Of a stretch of 46,529 nt of DNA, positions 1-9,662 are shown in pieces. The position numbers and the translations under genes are program-made. Source of the stretch: Microcoleaceae cyanobacterium. GTDB lineage: Bacteria; Cyanobacteriota; Cyanobacteriia; Cyanobacteriales; Microcoleaceae. The notes beneath the pieces are model-generated. The model ran no database searches and was not told the origin of the DNA. It saw only the letters and a program-made list of their open reading frames with translations. Location: NCBI GenBank assembly GCA_051652765.1, contig JBOFUV010000027.1, forward strand, positions 1 through 46,529, given 5' to 3'. The stretch's first letter is position 1, and every line of letters begins with the position of its first letter.

Positions 1-1
1 T

Positions 2-1321
2 GACCTCAATGGGGAAGTCGGCGTAAACTTCAGGGTTCGCGTCTGCACTCTCAGACGTGAAGTTGTAAATCACGTCGTAGGGGAAGGAGAAACTGCCTTC
101 CGTGCGGGTGAAGTCTCCCAACAGTTGCACCAGGGGAATGTCCACTCCAGCAGCGGGCATGATTTCAGTTTGGAGTTGAATCAGGTTTTCAATCTCAAAG
201 GACTGAATAAAGATCCGGTCGGGAGCGGTGAAATCGTTGGCCACCAGGGTGTCAATTAACAACTGACTTAAATCAGTGTTGATGGGTGTACCATCCAGTT
301 GAGTGCCTTCCTTGGCAAAGTAAGTGGGGTGCTTGGTTTCAGGATAGATGCCGATTTCCCGTCCAGTTTCGGCTTCCACGTCTTTGACTAAGTCAATTAC
401 TTCTGCCAACGTCGGAACTTCAAAATCCCCGTTAAACTCGGCGTTCAGCGGGCGAACGCCAGGAATCCGTTCCTTGGCCCGTAACGTTTTGAGTTCTTCC
501 AGGGTGAAATCTTCCGTGAACCATCCGGTGAGTTCGTCTCCATCAATAATCTTGGTTGTCTGACGGTCAGCAAATTCGGGGCGGTCAGCCACGTCGGTGG
601 TTCCCGAAATCTCGTTCTCATGGCGGGCAATCAAAATCCCATCCTTAGTGGAGACCAAATCCGGTTCAATAAAATCTGCGCCCTGTTCAATCGCCAGTTT
701 ATACGCTTCTAAAGTGTGTTCAGGACGGGAACCGCTAGCGCCCCGATGACCCAACACAAGGGGATCTTGGCCATTCAGGGTGTTCAGGGTTGGAATGTTT
801 GGGGTTGAGATGGGGGCCTGTTGCAACACGCCATCTCGGTCAAATTGCAGCAGGTAGGGGCCAAATTCTTCCCCAATCCAGATACCATCTTCTGTAACGA
901 CAATGGACTCAGGATCAAAGTCAGCCCCAGTGAGGAATCGTTCATCCGTATCCTCGTTAACAATTTCAAAGTCGATGACATCGTTAGGATCAGACAGTTG
1001 AATGAAACCTTGAACTTCTACAGTGCCGTTTCCTTCTTCTGTGCCTGCAAAGTCTGGATCGACTTGGTAAAGGCGGAGAAGATAGTCGGCACTGTTTCCT
1101 TGGGAGCCGAACCCATTGTCCGAGAGGAACCAAAAAGTATCACCATCGCTGCCCGGAGCAAATTGCACGCCACTAAACCCCTGAACGGGTTGACCCTCAA
1201 AGGGGCCTGTGCGACCGTTACCAGAAATGGGTTGACCGTTACCATCATTGCTGCCAGATTGAGGGCCTTCAGCAAAGGTATCAGCCGGAAGAGATGCAAA
1301 ACCAATCAATGTATTTGTCAT
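2..1321 (-). CDS. Esterase-like phytase-family / glycerophosphodiester phosphodiesterase (GDPD) fusion protein; 3' part runs off the window
   Basis: Not in the ORF track because there is no in-window stop. Manual translation from ATG 1321: [20 protein letters not shown]...QGFSGV...FLSDNGFG...DFDPESI...GEEFGPYLL (phytase-like), then [40 protein letters not shown]...IYPETKHP...IFIQSFE (GDPD). The frame stays open to the window edge. No signal peptide; very acidic. Confidence 0.9.
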   Translation of the reverse strand, partial: MTNTLIGFASLPADTFAEGPQSGSNDGNGQPISGNGRTGPFEGQPVQGFSGVQFAPGSDGDTFWFLSDNGFGSQGNSADYLLRLYQVDPDFAGTEEGNGTVEVQGFIQLSDPNDVIDFEIVNEDTDERFLTGADFDPESIVVTEDGIWIGEEFGPYLLQFDRDGVLQQAPISTPNIPTLNTLNGQDPLVLGHRGASGSRPEHTLEAYKLAIEQGADFIEPDLVSTKDGILIARHENEISGTTDVADRPEFADRQTTKIIDGDELTGWFTEDFTLEELKTLRAKERIPGVRPLNAEFNGDFEVPTLAEVIDLVKDVEAETGREIGIYPETKHPTYFAKEGTQLDGTPINTDLSQLLIDTLVANDFTAPDRIFIQSFEIENLIQLQTEIMPAAGVDIPLVQLLGDFTRTEGSFSFPYDVIYNFTSESADANPEVYADFPIEV

Positions 1322-1611
1322 ACTTACTGTGTGCCTTTTTAGGAATTGGGTAGATGCTAGATAGTCGTAGACTTAGATGTGAGTTTCTCGTTTTTGTAAC
1401 TTGTTCGTCATTGATAAGTACCATTGGAGCTGCTGGGAAACAGCCACAAAACTCAGCAACCTCTTGCTTTTATAATTGCTTTTATAAAGCAGAAGAAACT
1501 GATCGATCAAACTTCTTTTGTTCTCTTGAATGAAAAATACTCATTCATCAGCTTTCAACGATGCAGCCCGTAATTTTTAGCTGATTATTCACTTTTATAC
1601 AGCTCCTTCTG

Positions 1612-1655
1612 AGATTACTCTTTAAGGTTTAAGGGAGCATTATGATTAGATTAAG
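1612..1655 (-). promoter_or_regulatory. Putative Pho (SphR) box triplet plus -10 element
   Basis: Minus strand: CTTAATCT-aat-CATAATGC-tcc-CTTAAACC (1655-1626, 11-bp period), 8 bp spacer, then TAATCT (1617-1612). Resembles the cyanobacterial CTTAACCT-N3 repeat and lies upstream of a phosphodiesterase gene. Confidence 0.65.
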
Positions 1656-1804
1656 TTAGTCTGAACGATTTCGAGTTTTATTACTTTATTGCAGGGACAA
1701 TCAAGCCTAAATCTGTTGACAGAGACTTTGTCATAGATGAAATTGTTTCTTAAACTTTCTACGGTTATTACTGTAAAAAGATTCTACTTTTTTATTGGAT
1801 CGGA

Positions 1805-1828
1805 TTGGGTGGGACAATACCCACCCAA
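1805..1828 (-). terminator. GC-rich hairpin (terminator or REP-like palindrome) after the phosphatase-like gene
   Basis: ttgggtggg-acaata-cccacccaa, perfect 9-bp stem 30 bp past the stop at 1859. No clean U-tract on the minus strand. Confidence 0.5.
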
Positions 1829-1858
1829 AGCATCAATTCAAACCAGTTTACTCATCAA

Positions 1859-4800
1859 CTAAACAATAGAAAAACCCAATAATGTTGGGCTTTCTACAGT
1901 TACGTTTTGGAGGACGGCGAGAACGTCACTCCCGAGACTAATCTCGGTATTACTCCCCATTGTAGAAATAGAAAGTTCCTCAACAGTTATGCCTCCAGCT
2001 AAACCAATCAAGTCAAGCCCTACTTCAAAGTCCAGAATGGTATCTGTTCCTTCCCCTGCGGCCAGAACAAAGGTATCCAAACCACCAGAAGTATTGTTGC
2101 CAGCATCACCGTACAGTTTGTCGTTGCCCAAACCGCCCCGGATCAGGTCATCTCCTTGATCACCCCAGATCCGATCATTGCCTTCGTCGCCGTAGAGTTC
2201 GTCATTTCCAGCCTTGCCGCTGATGCGGTCATTGCCAGGGCCGCCGAAGATTTTATCGTTGCCGCCAACAGTACCAGAGAGCCGTTCGTTCAGGTCGCCC
2301 CGGAGAACGTCATTTCCCTCACCACCGAAGATAGCATCATCCCCTAAGCCTCCAGCAACTCCATCATTGCCGCCGTTAGCCAGGATTAAGTCGTTGGCAT
2401 CGTTTGCTCCAATGAAGGTTTCGCCGCTAGCACCTCCTTCAACTGCACCAACGCCAAAGTCGTAAATCGTTGTAGAACCACTGATTTCATTGGCAACAAT
2501 GAGGGCAGGTCGTCCGGTAGGGCTGTTCTCTGCCGTTACGAAGGTTAAGCCTTCTGGCCCCAAGTCTCCAGCCGTTCCTGCTTCTGCATCCCCAGCGAAA
2601 TCCCGGTTGTTCAAGTACTGCACGAACTCAGTGCTGGCCGGTTCAGTCACGTCATAGACCATTACTCCACCCATGCGTTCCAAGCCGATGAAGGCGTAGG
2701 TGCGTCCATTAACGTCACCCACTGCAATTCCTTCGGGCTCAGGGCCAGCATTGTCACTGCGACTGTCGAAGTCGTTCTCGTCGTTGTTGGCGTTGAAGTT
2801 ATCGGGGAAAGCAGTAGCCGTAATTTCTTCAAAGTCACCGCCACTGTCGAAGACTAGGTTTCCAACACTGTCAAAAATGGAGAAGGAACGTGTGCCGTAT
2901 GAGAATAGTTGGTCAAAGTCTCCGTCTCCATCTAGGTCTCCATCAATAGAAGAAACCCCTAACCGTCCTAAGTTTTCCTCAGCTTGCAGTTCCTCGGCGT
3001 TTGGAAATGCTGTAGAATCAAGGGTTAAGTCTTCAATCCGTTCATCTTCGCCTCGATTATCTCCTTCATTGGCGGTAACGTAGTAAGTTTCGCCATTGAC
3101 TTCAAAGGTGGCAATGCTGTCAGGTTGATATAAGCCAAACACAGGCCAGTTTTGCAGGTTAATTGCACCATCTTTGTCGCTGACATCAAGCTGGTTAGAA
3201 CCCGTAAATTCTACAATGCCCAGCACGGTTTGGACAGGATCGGGGTTTAGGGCAACGGAACCATCTCCAGGAATTTCTTCATCCAATAAACCAAAGTCGT
3301 TATCGTTCAGCACGGCAATGGAACCATCCGGCAGTAACGCTAGTCCTTCCGTCTTATCTCCTGCAATGTAACCAATGGAGGGGAAGTTGAACAGTTTGGT
3401 TTTGGTAACAGCCTGAATTCCCAAAGCGCTCAAGTCATCTGCTGTCAAGGTTTCCAGGGTGTTCTCTGTAGTTTGCATTGCCAGTTCCGTGCCAAACACG
3501 TTGGTTGCGCCTGTGAGATCAACCTCAAAGACAATTTTCTTGGAATCCATTGTTGTGCCGGAATCTCGTTCCACGACAATGAACTGACCATTGCCTTGGT
3601 ACACTGCGTCTCCAATTTTATCCACTCCAGGGGAACCTTCTAGAAAGTAAACGTACTCTCCAATGGTTTCTTGAGTGGTGGGATCAAACTCCAGAATTCT
3701 CAACACCTGAGAACTGCGGGAGTTCGCATCATTACTGACATCAGGGTTGTCTAGGGGACTCTGAATCCAAGCGTAAAGTTTACCGTTATCTGTATCCAAA
3801 GCCATACCCTCAAACCCTCGGTTTGACCGACGTTGGGCATAGACCTCAGGAATGGCTTCTGTGCCAAAGGTGCCTTCAGGTTGTCCGGCGGCGGCAGCAG
3901 TTCCTGCAGGGATGAAACGGTCGATTAACACCCCGTTCCCGTCAAAGTGGTAAATTGCTGGACGGTATTCGTCAGACAGCCAGAACGTACCGTCGGGAGC
4001 GACTACGATGGATTCCAGGTCTGCTCCCAATGGATCGTTGAGTAGGGGATTTCCTAATAAATCTACGGGTTCCTCGTCGGTGTAGGCTGTTCCGGGATTA
4101 CCGGCTTGCAGGTTGGGGAGTCCTGTAATCGGAGTCACCCCATCTTCGCGGGTGAGGAAGATCTGTTCGGTAATCTCAATGTCCCCTGTAGAACGATCCA
4201 GGCTGAACCGCACCAACTGGGCTTGATAATCAGGCAGGGGAAAAGGCCGTTCCCTCAGTCCATCGCCATCCACATCTGTTGGAGCGCCATTAGGGCCTCG
4301 ATCAGGAGTGGCAATGAAATTCAGGATCTCTCCGGCCTGACTTTCAAAAAACAAACCCGACATGCCACCGAGGAGAATTTCCTGTCCGGCTGGGGTTGTG
4401 CCCAAAACTTCTCCGCTCAAGTCCCAAGGATATTGGGTTAATTGGGGCAATCCTCGACTCCAATCCTTGACCCCCAAGGGTTGAATCTCCTCAACAGTCG
4501 CTGTGGCAATGTCTACTATCGCAACCGCGTTGTTTTCTTGCAAAGTTACAAACGCTTTAGAACTGTCAGAATTAACCGCAATGTATTCTGGCTCAACATC
4601 TTGAGCAACTGTTGTCTCTGGGAAAATCCGCACTCCTCGACCGCGAAGATCGGCCTCCTGACCATTGAACCCAGTGAAGTCGGCGTTGGCAACGGTTAAG
4701 TTCTCAACGCCATTCGATAAATCCACAACACTCACGGAACCTTCTGGATCGTCTGCGTCTCCAGGATCGCCCAGGGGTTCGCCTTCATTCGCCGTCAAGA

Positions 4801-5179
4801 TCTTGCTACCGTCAGGGGTAAACGTGATCATGTCGGGCAACACGCCAACAGAGATGGCGTTTAAGAAATTGCCATCCGTATCGAAGAATACCGCTTGACC
4901 GGGTGCTGTGCCTTCCTCAGCCTCAACGGCTACCGCAACGAGGCCATTCTTTACGGCAACGCTATTAGCACCAGCGCCAAAAGCAGTAACATCAATTTCT
5001 CCAACCTTGACTGGATTTGTAGGATTGGTGAAATCAATCACATCAATGACATCGCTATCGCCATTGACAACAAATGCGCGTCTTGATTCCGGATCATAGG
5101 CCGGAATTTCGGCTGCACTTTCATCAAAAATATTTGTTTGGTAAGTGCCTAAAACAGTGAGTTGGATTAAATCAGTCAT
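1859..5179 (-). CDS. Choice-of-anchor I (atypical PhoA-like alkaline phosphatase) protein with an inserted phytase-like domain and C-terminal RTX Ca-binding repeats
   Basis: 1106 aa. Motifs [70 protein letters not shown]; central DRGPN, SDEYRP, RGFEGMA, NDNDFG; C-terminal GGxGxDx repeats. No signal peptide. Confidence 0.85.
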   Translation of the reverse strand: MTDLIQLTVLGTYQTNIFDESAAEIPAYDPESRRAFVVNGDSDVIDVIDFTNPTNPVKVGEIDVTAFGAGANSVAVKNGLVAVAVEAEEGTAPGQAVFFDTDGNFLNAISVGVLPDMITFTPDGSKILTANEGEPLGDPGDADDPEGSVSVVDLSNGVENLTVANADFTGFNGQEADLRGRGVRIFPETTVAQDVEPEYIAVNSDSSKAFVTLQENNAVAIVDIATATVEEIQPLGVKDWSRGLPQLTQYPWDLSGEVLGTTPAGQEILLGGMSGLFFESQAGEILNFIATPDRGPNGAPTDVDGDGLRERPFPLPDYQAQLVRFSLDRSTGDIEITEQIFLTREDGVTPITGLPNLQAGNPGTAYTDEEPVDLLGNPLLNDPLGADLESIVVAPDGTFWLSDEYRPAIYHFDGNGVLIDRFIPAGTAAAAGQPEGTFGTEAIPEVYAQRRSNRGFEGMALDTDNGKLYAWIQSPLDNPDVSNDANSRSSQVLRILEFDPTTQETIGEYVYFLEGSPGVDKIGDAVYQGNGQFIVVERDSGTTMDSKKIVFEVDLTGATNVFGTELAMQTTENTLETLTADDLSALGIQAVTKTKLFNFPSIGYIAGDKTEGLALLPDGSIAVLNDNDFGLLDEEIPGDGSVALNPDPVQTVLGIVEFTGSNQLDVSDKDGAINLQNWPVFGLYQPDSIATFEVNGETYYVTANEGDNRGEDERIEDLTLDSTAFPNAEELQAEENLGRLGVSSIDGDLDGDGDFDQLFSYGTRSFSIFDSVGNLVFDSGGDFEEITATAFPDNFNANNDENDFDSRSDNAGPEPEGIAVGDVNGRTYAFIGLERMGGVMVYDVTEPASTEFVQYLNNRDFAGDAEAGTAGDLGPEGLTFVTAENSPTGRPALIVANEISGSTTIYDFGVGAVEGGASGETFIGANDANDLILANGGNDGVAGGLGDDAIFGGEGNDVLRGDLNERLSGTVGGNDKIFGGPGNDRISGKAGNDELYGDEGNDRIWGDQGDDLIRGGLGNDKLYGDAGNNTSGGLDTFVLAAGEGTDTILDFEVGLDLIGLAGGITVEELSISTMGSNTEISLGSDVLAVLQNVTVESPTLLGFSIV

Positions 5180-5461
5180 GGATTAATGGTTCCAGGTAAA
5201 GGTTAATACGGGAGATTCAGATGGGTAACGGAGATCAGTCTGTTCTTCCAGCTTTTGTTGGGTTCGGAGGCTAGGGAGGAGCGATCGCCAGAATATAGAC
5301 AGATTCGTTGCAGAACCTTGGAGGCGCAGGGCGAGTTGCGATTAATCCCTGTCCGATGCACCTCTAGGGGCTACTCTTTTCGAATAGTAAGAATGCACAC
5401 CTAGCTGAGGCCCTGATAACCTCAGTTGACAATTATTGATGATCTTAAAAGCTCCGTATTA

Positions 5462-5505
5462 ACTTTAGGAACTGAACGTTAATAGAGGGTTAAGCTTCCG
5501 GTAAT
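5462..5505 (-). promoter_or_regulatory. Putative Pho (SphR) box triplet plus -10 element
   Basis: Minus strand: ATTACCGG-aag-CTTAACCC-tct-ATTAACGT (5505-5476, 11-bp period), 8 bp spacer, then TAAAGT (5467-5462). Same geometry as the 1612-1655 element. Confidence 0.65.
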
Positions 5506-5593
5506 GCCTCAGCTTTTTTACGGAAGCTTTACACAAGATTTAAAATTCCCTGGGTTATGTAAAGTGCCATTCAAAGTGTTGTTCAAAGTGTCG

Positions 5594-6898
5594 TTAAAGT
5601 TGCAAGATTTCGTTGCGACTGCTGTCTCCCAATGTCGGGCGCTTGCCATCAATTTTGGGCTGAAGGTCTTGAGGTAAAGTTGCGGGCGCTCCCCATTCGC
5701 TAACGAGCTGTTGGAGCAACCAATCCTGATGATCGCGCAGGTTATCCAAGCCTTCGCCCCGATTGATGACGGCAAACCAGACAATGCCACGATCGCGGGT
5801 AGGCAATGCCCCAGCCAGAGCGCTGACATCAAATAAACTGCCCGTCTTCACAGGGGTATGTTTGGGAATTTTGCGAAATTCTAGGGTTCCCAGATCGCGT
5901 CCAGATACTGGAAACAAATCGGCAATATTCCACTGTGTACTTTCCAATTCCCGCTGCAATGCCATAAACATTGCAACGACTGCCCGAGGCGAAATTTGGT
6001 TTTCGTGGCCTAGTCCTGAACCGTTAATAATGACAATCTCTTCGACTGGAACGCCCGCAGTTTGAGCCGCCTGTTGTCGAACCACCGCCGCCCCGCCCAC
6101 ATTCTGGGCCAACATCTCAGCCATCAGATTATTACTGTAGATATTCATCTGCTTCAAAATTTCCGCCAAAGGCAGAGACCGATGGCGAATAATAGGCTGT
6201 GCCTGGGCACTGGAAGAAAAGGACTGGATGGTTCCGGCAATGGTAACTTGGGGCTGGGGTGTGTTGGCAGGCATCCGCTCTCGATATTGAATCTGAGCTT
6301 CCACAGGCCATTGCTTCGCATCCAGGGCTTGCTTGAGCAACTGTCCTGCTTTGGCCCAGTCAGATTCATAGTTCATGGAAAAGTTCCCGGTAATGACCAA
6401 ATTTCCACTCACGCCAGTAATGCCCATCTGATTTAAGGAATTTCCCAAGGCAAACGCCTCTTCCCAGACAAAAAGTGGATCGCCTCCGCCCACAATCGCC
6501 AAGTCCCCCTGGACAATCCCATTCACAACAGGGCCAGTAATACCAACCATTGTCTCAAACTGATGTTCGGGTCGCCATTGCTGCAACACGGCAAGGGAGG
6601 TGGCTACTTTGGTTAAGGAAGCCGCTGGGAGAGGCTTTGTTCCGACATTATCCGCTAGAGAAGTGGGCCCAGTCTGCAGCCATACCCCTTGAACGTCAGT
6701 CGGCAAGTTCCGAGAGGAGAGTCGGTTGAGATACTGTTGAACCGTTGCTTCGGCGATCGCATCAGACTCATTCAATAGCATCACGTCCGCTAGTCGAGTT
6801 TCCCAAGACTTGCGACTATTTGCATCCAACTCCATGGGCTCTGCTTTAGCCATCTCTAGCCACAGGGACATGGCTCCAGAGCTGAATACCTCTAACAT
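5594..6898 (-). CDS. dacB: D-alanyl-D-alanine carboxypeptidase (peptidase S13, PBP4)
   Basis: SxxK (PAASLTK), GGGDPLF, SNN, NGSGL and KTG motifs; AAGGAG RBS upstream of ATG 6898. Confidence 0.9.
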   Translation of the reverse strand: MLEVFSSGAMSLWLEMAKAEPMELDANSRKSWETRLADVMLLNESDAIAEATVQQYLNRLSSRNLPTDVQGVWLQTGPTSLADNVGTKPLPAASLTKVATSLAVLQQWRPEHQFETMVGITGPVVNGIVQGDLAIVGGGDPLFVWEEAFALGNSLNQMGITGVSGNLVITGNFSMNYESDWAKAGQLLKQALDAKQWPVEAQIQYRERMPANTPQPQVTIAGTIQSFSSSAQAQPIIRHRSLPLAEILKQMNIYSNNLMAEMLAQNVGGAAVVRQQAAQTAGVPVEEIVIINGSGLGHENQISPRAVVAMFMALQRELESTQWNIADLFPVSGRDLGTLEFRKIPKHTPVKTGSLFDVSALAGALPTRDRGIVWFAVINRGEGLDNLRDHQDWLLQQLVSEWGAPATLPQDLQPKIDGKRPTLGDSSRNEILQL

Positions 6899-7294
6899 GC
6901 TTCACTCCTTTACACGTTCTAAGTCTTGATACACTACTCTTCTGCGGAGACAGATTGGGTTTCTTGCCGTCCGGCTGCAATTTGCTAGATGACCCTCACA
7001 GAACTCTTGTCGGAACTTCAAAACCGTAAATGCCACAAACATGAAAACGGTTCCTGAGTCCTGCCCACGCTTCATCAACAGTTAGTTCCACCTATTGGGC
7101 GGGATTGAAAGGGCTTGACCGTGTTATTGTAGCAGGCTGGGCTGCTAGTTCCTAAGTTGTTTAGCACCATTGACTCGTCAGACAAGGGTGACTTACTCTC
7201 AAGCTTGGGTTCTGGTCATCTGTCTAGATGCCGAAGAAAACCTACCATAGAGGCTTTGCCGAATGACCTCACCCAACCCCTTTCTATTTTTAGT

Positions 7295-8680
7295 TTAAGC
7301 CAAACTACTCCTGTTCCCAGGGGAGGATGAAAAAGGTGCGGTCATAATATCATTCTTCTGATAAAGTCTCCAAAAATGCCGTTTATAGAGTTGGCAACCG
7401 ACAATGGCATGATCATCGACTAGGTGAATCAGCCCCATACTCTGAAGCTTGGAGCCCTGGGACTGTCCTAGAAAAACTTTGCCCTGGGACATGACAACTT
7501 GGCGGTACATCTCAAACAATTCAGGACTTTGTTGGATCTGCCAGGTCTGTTCTTGCAGATGCTCCCCATAGATTCTAGTAATACTCGCTTCGTTCTCAAG
7601 CAGTTGGTCAACCTCAGTATCTTGAGCTACGGCATGATAAAGTGCCAATCGAATCAGATATGGAAAACCGCCTAAAAACTGAACCATGTGAGCTAGGCTG
7701 GCATTGGAGAGCTTCAAGCCATGACGTTGAGCGAGTTCTCTCACATCACCAACCGTAAAGGGAGGAATTTCTAAGGTTAAGCCAACATTAAAGGGAGATT
7801 TATTCGCATTAAGGGTGATGTAAACGTCTGTAGAGTTCACCAACAATAAGCGAAAGTGTTGCCAAACAGAAATATCCCGAGTTTCCTCGTACCATGATCG
7901 CAGTAACGCTAAGACATCTCGCGCCAGAATTGGATAGTGGAAGAGTTGACTGACCTCATCAATTGCCAATACTACAGGCCGTTGTATCTGTCTCAAGACC
8001 CGTTCTTGTAAATAGAGGGTGCAACTCACTAATGACCCCATTTCGGTATCCCAGAACTGATCAAGGTTGGGATCGAGTCCCAATTGTCGGGTTGCATTGA
8101 AGCACAACCAGCGCAGAAAGGCTTCTGTTGAATCAAAAACTCGGCTATCGGCTTGATTGAGACTCAACTGAATCACGCGATATCCCTTTTGCCGAGAAAA
8201 TTCAAGCAGCCGTACCATCAGAGAGGTTTTACCCATTTGCCGAGGGGCTTTGAGCCGCAACAAGGCTCTCGGCTTCAGAATCTCTTGGTTACACAATAGA
8301 TCTACAGGCGATCGCTCAATGTAAAACGGAGAAGTTAGGGGAACCTGTCCTCCAGGTCGTTCTGAAAGGACAGAGGTGTAACTTGAAGCCGCATCAAAAG
8401 TCCCTTGACTAGAACCACTCTTTAACTGTTGCTCCAATAAAAACCGACAATTGATCTTGCTAACTTTCTCTCCAATAGCCTCTGAGAGCAGACACCACAA
8501 CTTTGGAGCTACTCCATTCTTGAGATAGCTAGGAGAGTAACCTTTTTCGACAGCAATTCGATCATAAGTTTTCTTGGCATCTTGCAGAGATTCAGCTAGA
8601 ACCATTCTCTGAACGTAGTTTAGAGAATCTCCAGTTTTCAATCGAACCAATGCGCTCGCTAGTGCTATCAACTCTTCCAC
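7295..8680 (-). CDS. N-terminal HTH plus AAA-like (AAA_35-type STAND) ATPase, no C-terminal repeats
   Basis: N-term TYDRIA..GYSPSYLK...LW..LS...GEKVSKIN; GQVPLTSPFYIER; Walker A APRQMGKTS; Walker B VLAIDE; SPFNVG; GGFPYL. GTG start. Confidence 0.8.
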   Translation of the reverse strand: MEELIALASALVRLKTGDSLNYVQRMVLAESLQDAKKTYDRIAVEKGYSPSYLKNGVAPKLWCLLSEAIGEKVSKINCRFLLEQQLKSGSSQGTFDAASSYTSVLSERPGGQVPLTSPFYIERSPVDLLCNQEILKPRALLRLKAPRQMGKTSLMVRLLEFSRQKGYRVIQLSLNQADSRVFDSTEAFLRWLCFNATRQLGLDPNLDQFWDTEMGSLVSCTLYLQERVLRQIQRPVVLAIDEVSQLFHYPILARDVLALLRSWYEETRDISVWQHFRLLLVNSTDVYITLNANKSPFNVGLTLEIPPFTVGDVRELAQRHGLKLSNASLAHMVQFLGGFPYLIRLALYHAVAQDTEVDQLLENEASITRIYGEHLQEQTWQIQQSPELFEMYRQVVMSQGKVFLGQSQGSKLQSMGLIHLVDDHAIVGCQLYKRHFWRLYQKNDIMTAPFSSSPGNRSSLA

Positions 8681-9662
8681 ACCGGCTACCTCAGGACAAC
8701 TGGATCAACAAAAAAACTGCTGCTAGACAGCGGCGTAGCTTCACTAAGTTCTGAACAAAGCTTTACATTCTCAGTAGCCAACGATCACACTGTTAGCAGA
8801 GCCACAAACATACCACTGAAACTCAGTACCAACCTTGCACTAAATCTGCCTGCCAACTTCACACCCCTAATTAACCCATTTCTTGATACGATACAAAAGC
8901 TTACCCAGCACAAAACTGACAGCTCCAATCCTTTAGACCATAGAGCTGTTAAAACCTTGATCTTTTACACTTAAATAAACAATAATTGTTATCTTATACG
9001 TTAATTTTACTATAAAGGCCCGAAAGTTCAAGGATAAGAAATGTATCAAAATCTCAGATTTAACGGTCGGTTGTCAGGTGTCAACAGGCCATGAATTATG
9101 CTTTGTTTTGGCTATAGCTATTTGCTGGATAACGAGACGGTTAACCCACTGAACGTCATATGTGACAGGGGTTTAATGCTCTTGAGGTTTACTTGATAGA
9201 TATACTTGAATATTCACTTGATCAATGAGATTGGAGAGTCGGCAATTCTCTCCAAGACAGGAAAGACTGGCTGATTTCAAGTCGTTCAGCCAGTAATATA
9301 TTCAAAACCAGTCACAGTTCTACTATGGCAAGGATCTCTTGTGAGCAACAACTCATAAAGTTATGTAATTGAGTATCAATCTGCCTGATCACAGGGGGAG
9401 TTTTGTACTGTTCTATAAGAGGACAATATTTGCGCCAGAGTTTGAAACAAAAAAGCGATCCCTTCACCGAACGAATTGATCCTGTTCAAAAGCGGAAATC
9501 CAAAGAAAACCTTATAACGAGTACAAGTTCTCATTTTTTGTGGAACTCTTGTAAAGAACTAGAGCTTTAGTACTACTTGCAAGTAACATTAATACTCTAG
9601 TCGCAATACTATATACTCCTGTATGTTTTGCTAGTCCTTGACGTTACTGAGGATTGGCATTT

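Noticed and set aside
348..5099. Many plus-strand and alternate-frame ORFs (e.g. 821-1342, 2700-3083, 4106-4441)
   Set aside because: Shadows of the two long minus-strand genes, with no recognisable motifs. The same applies to short overlapping ORFs throughout the window.
1..5280. Absence of HIP1 in the first 5.3 kb as a sign of horizontal transfer
   Set aside because: Similar 4-4.5-kb HIP1-free gaps occur in core regions (8316-12825, 21218-25437, 31471-35858).
5518..5832. 104-aa minus-strand ORF
   Set aside because: Overlaps dacB in another frame and runs through a tandem repeat.
7032..8811. GCCACAAACAT shared by the dacB and ATPase upstream regions (7032 and 8801)
   Set aside because: A single 11-mer match is expected by chance among several kb of intergenic DNA, and the flanks do not align.
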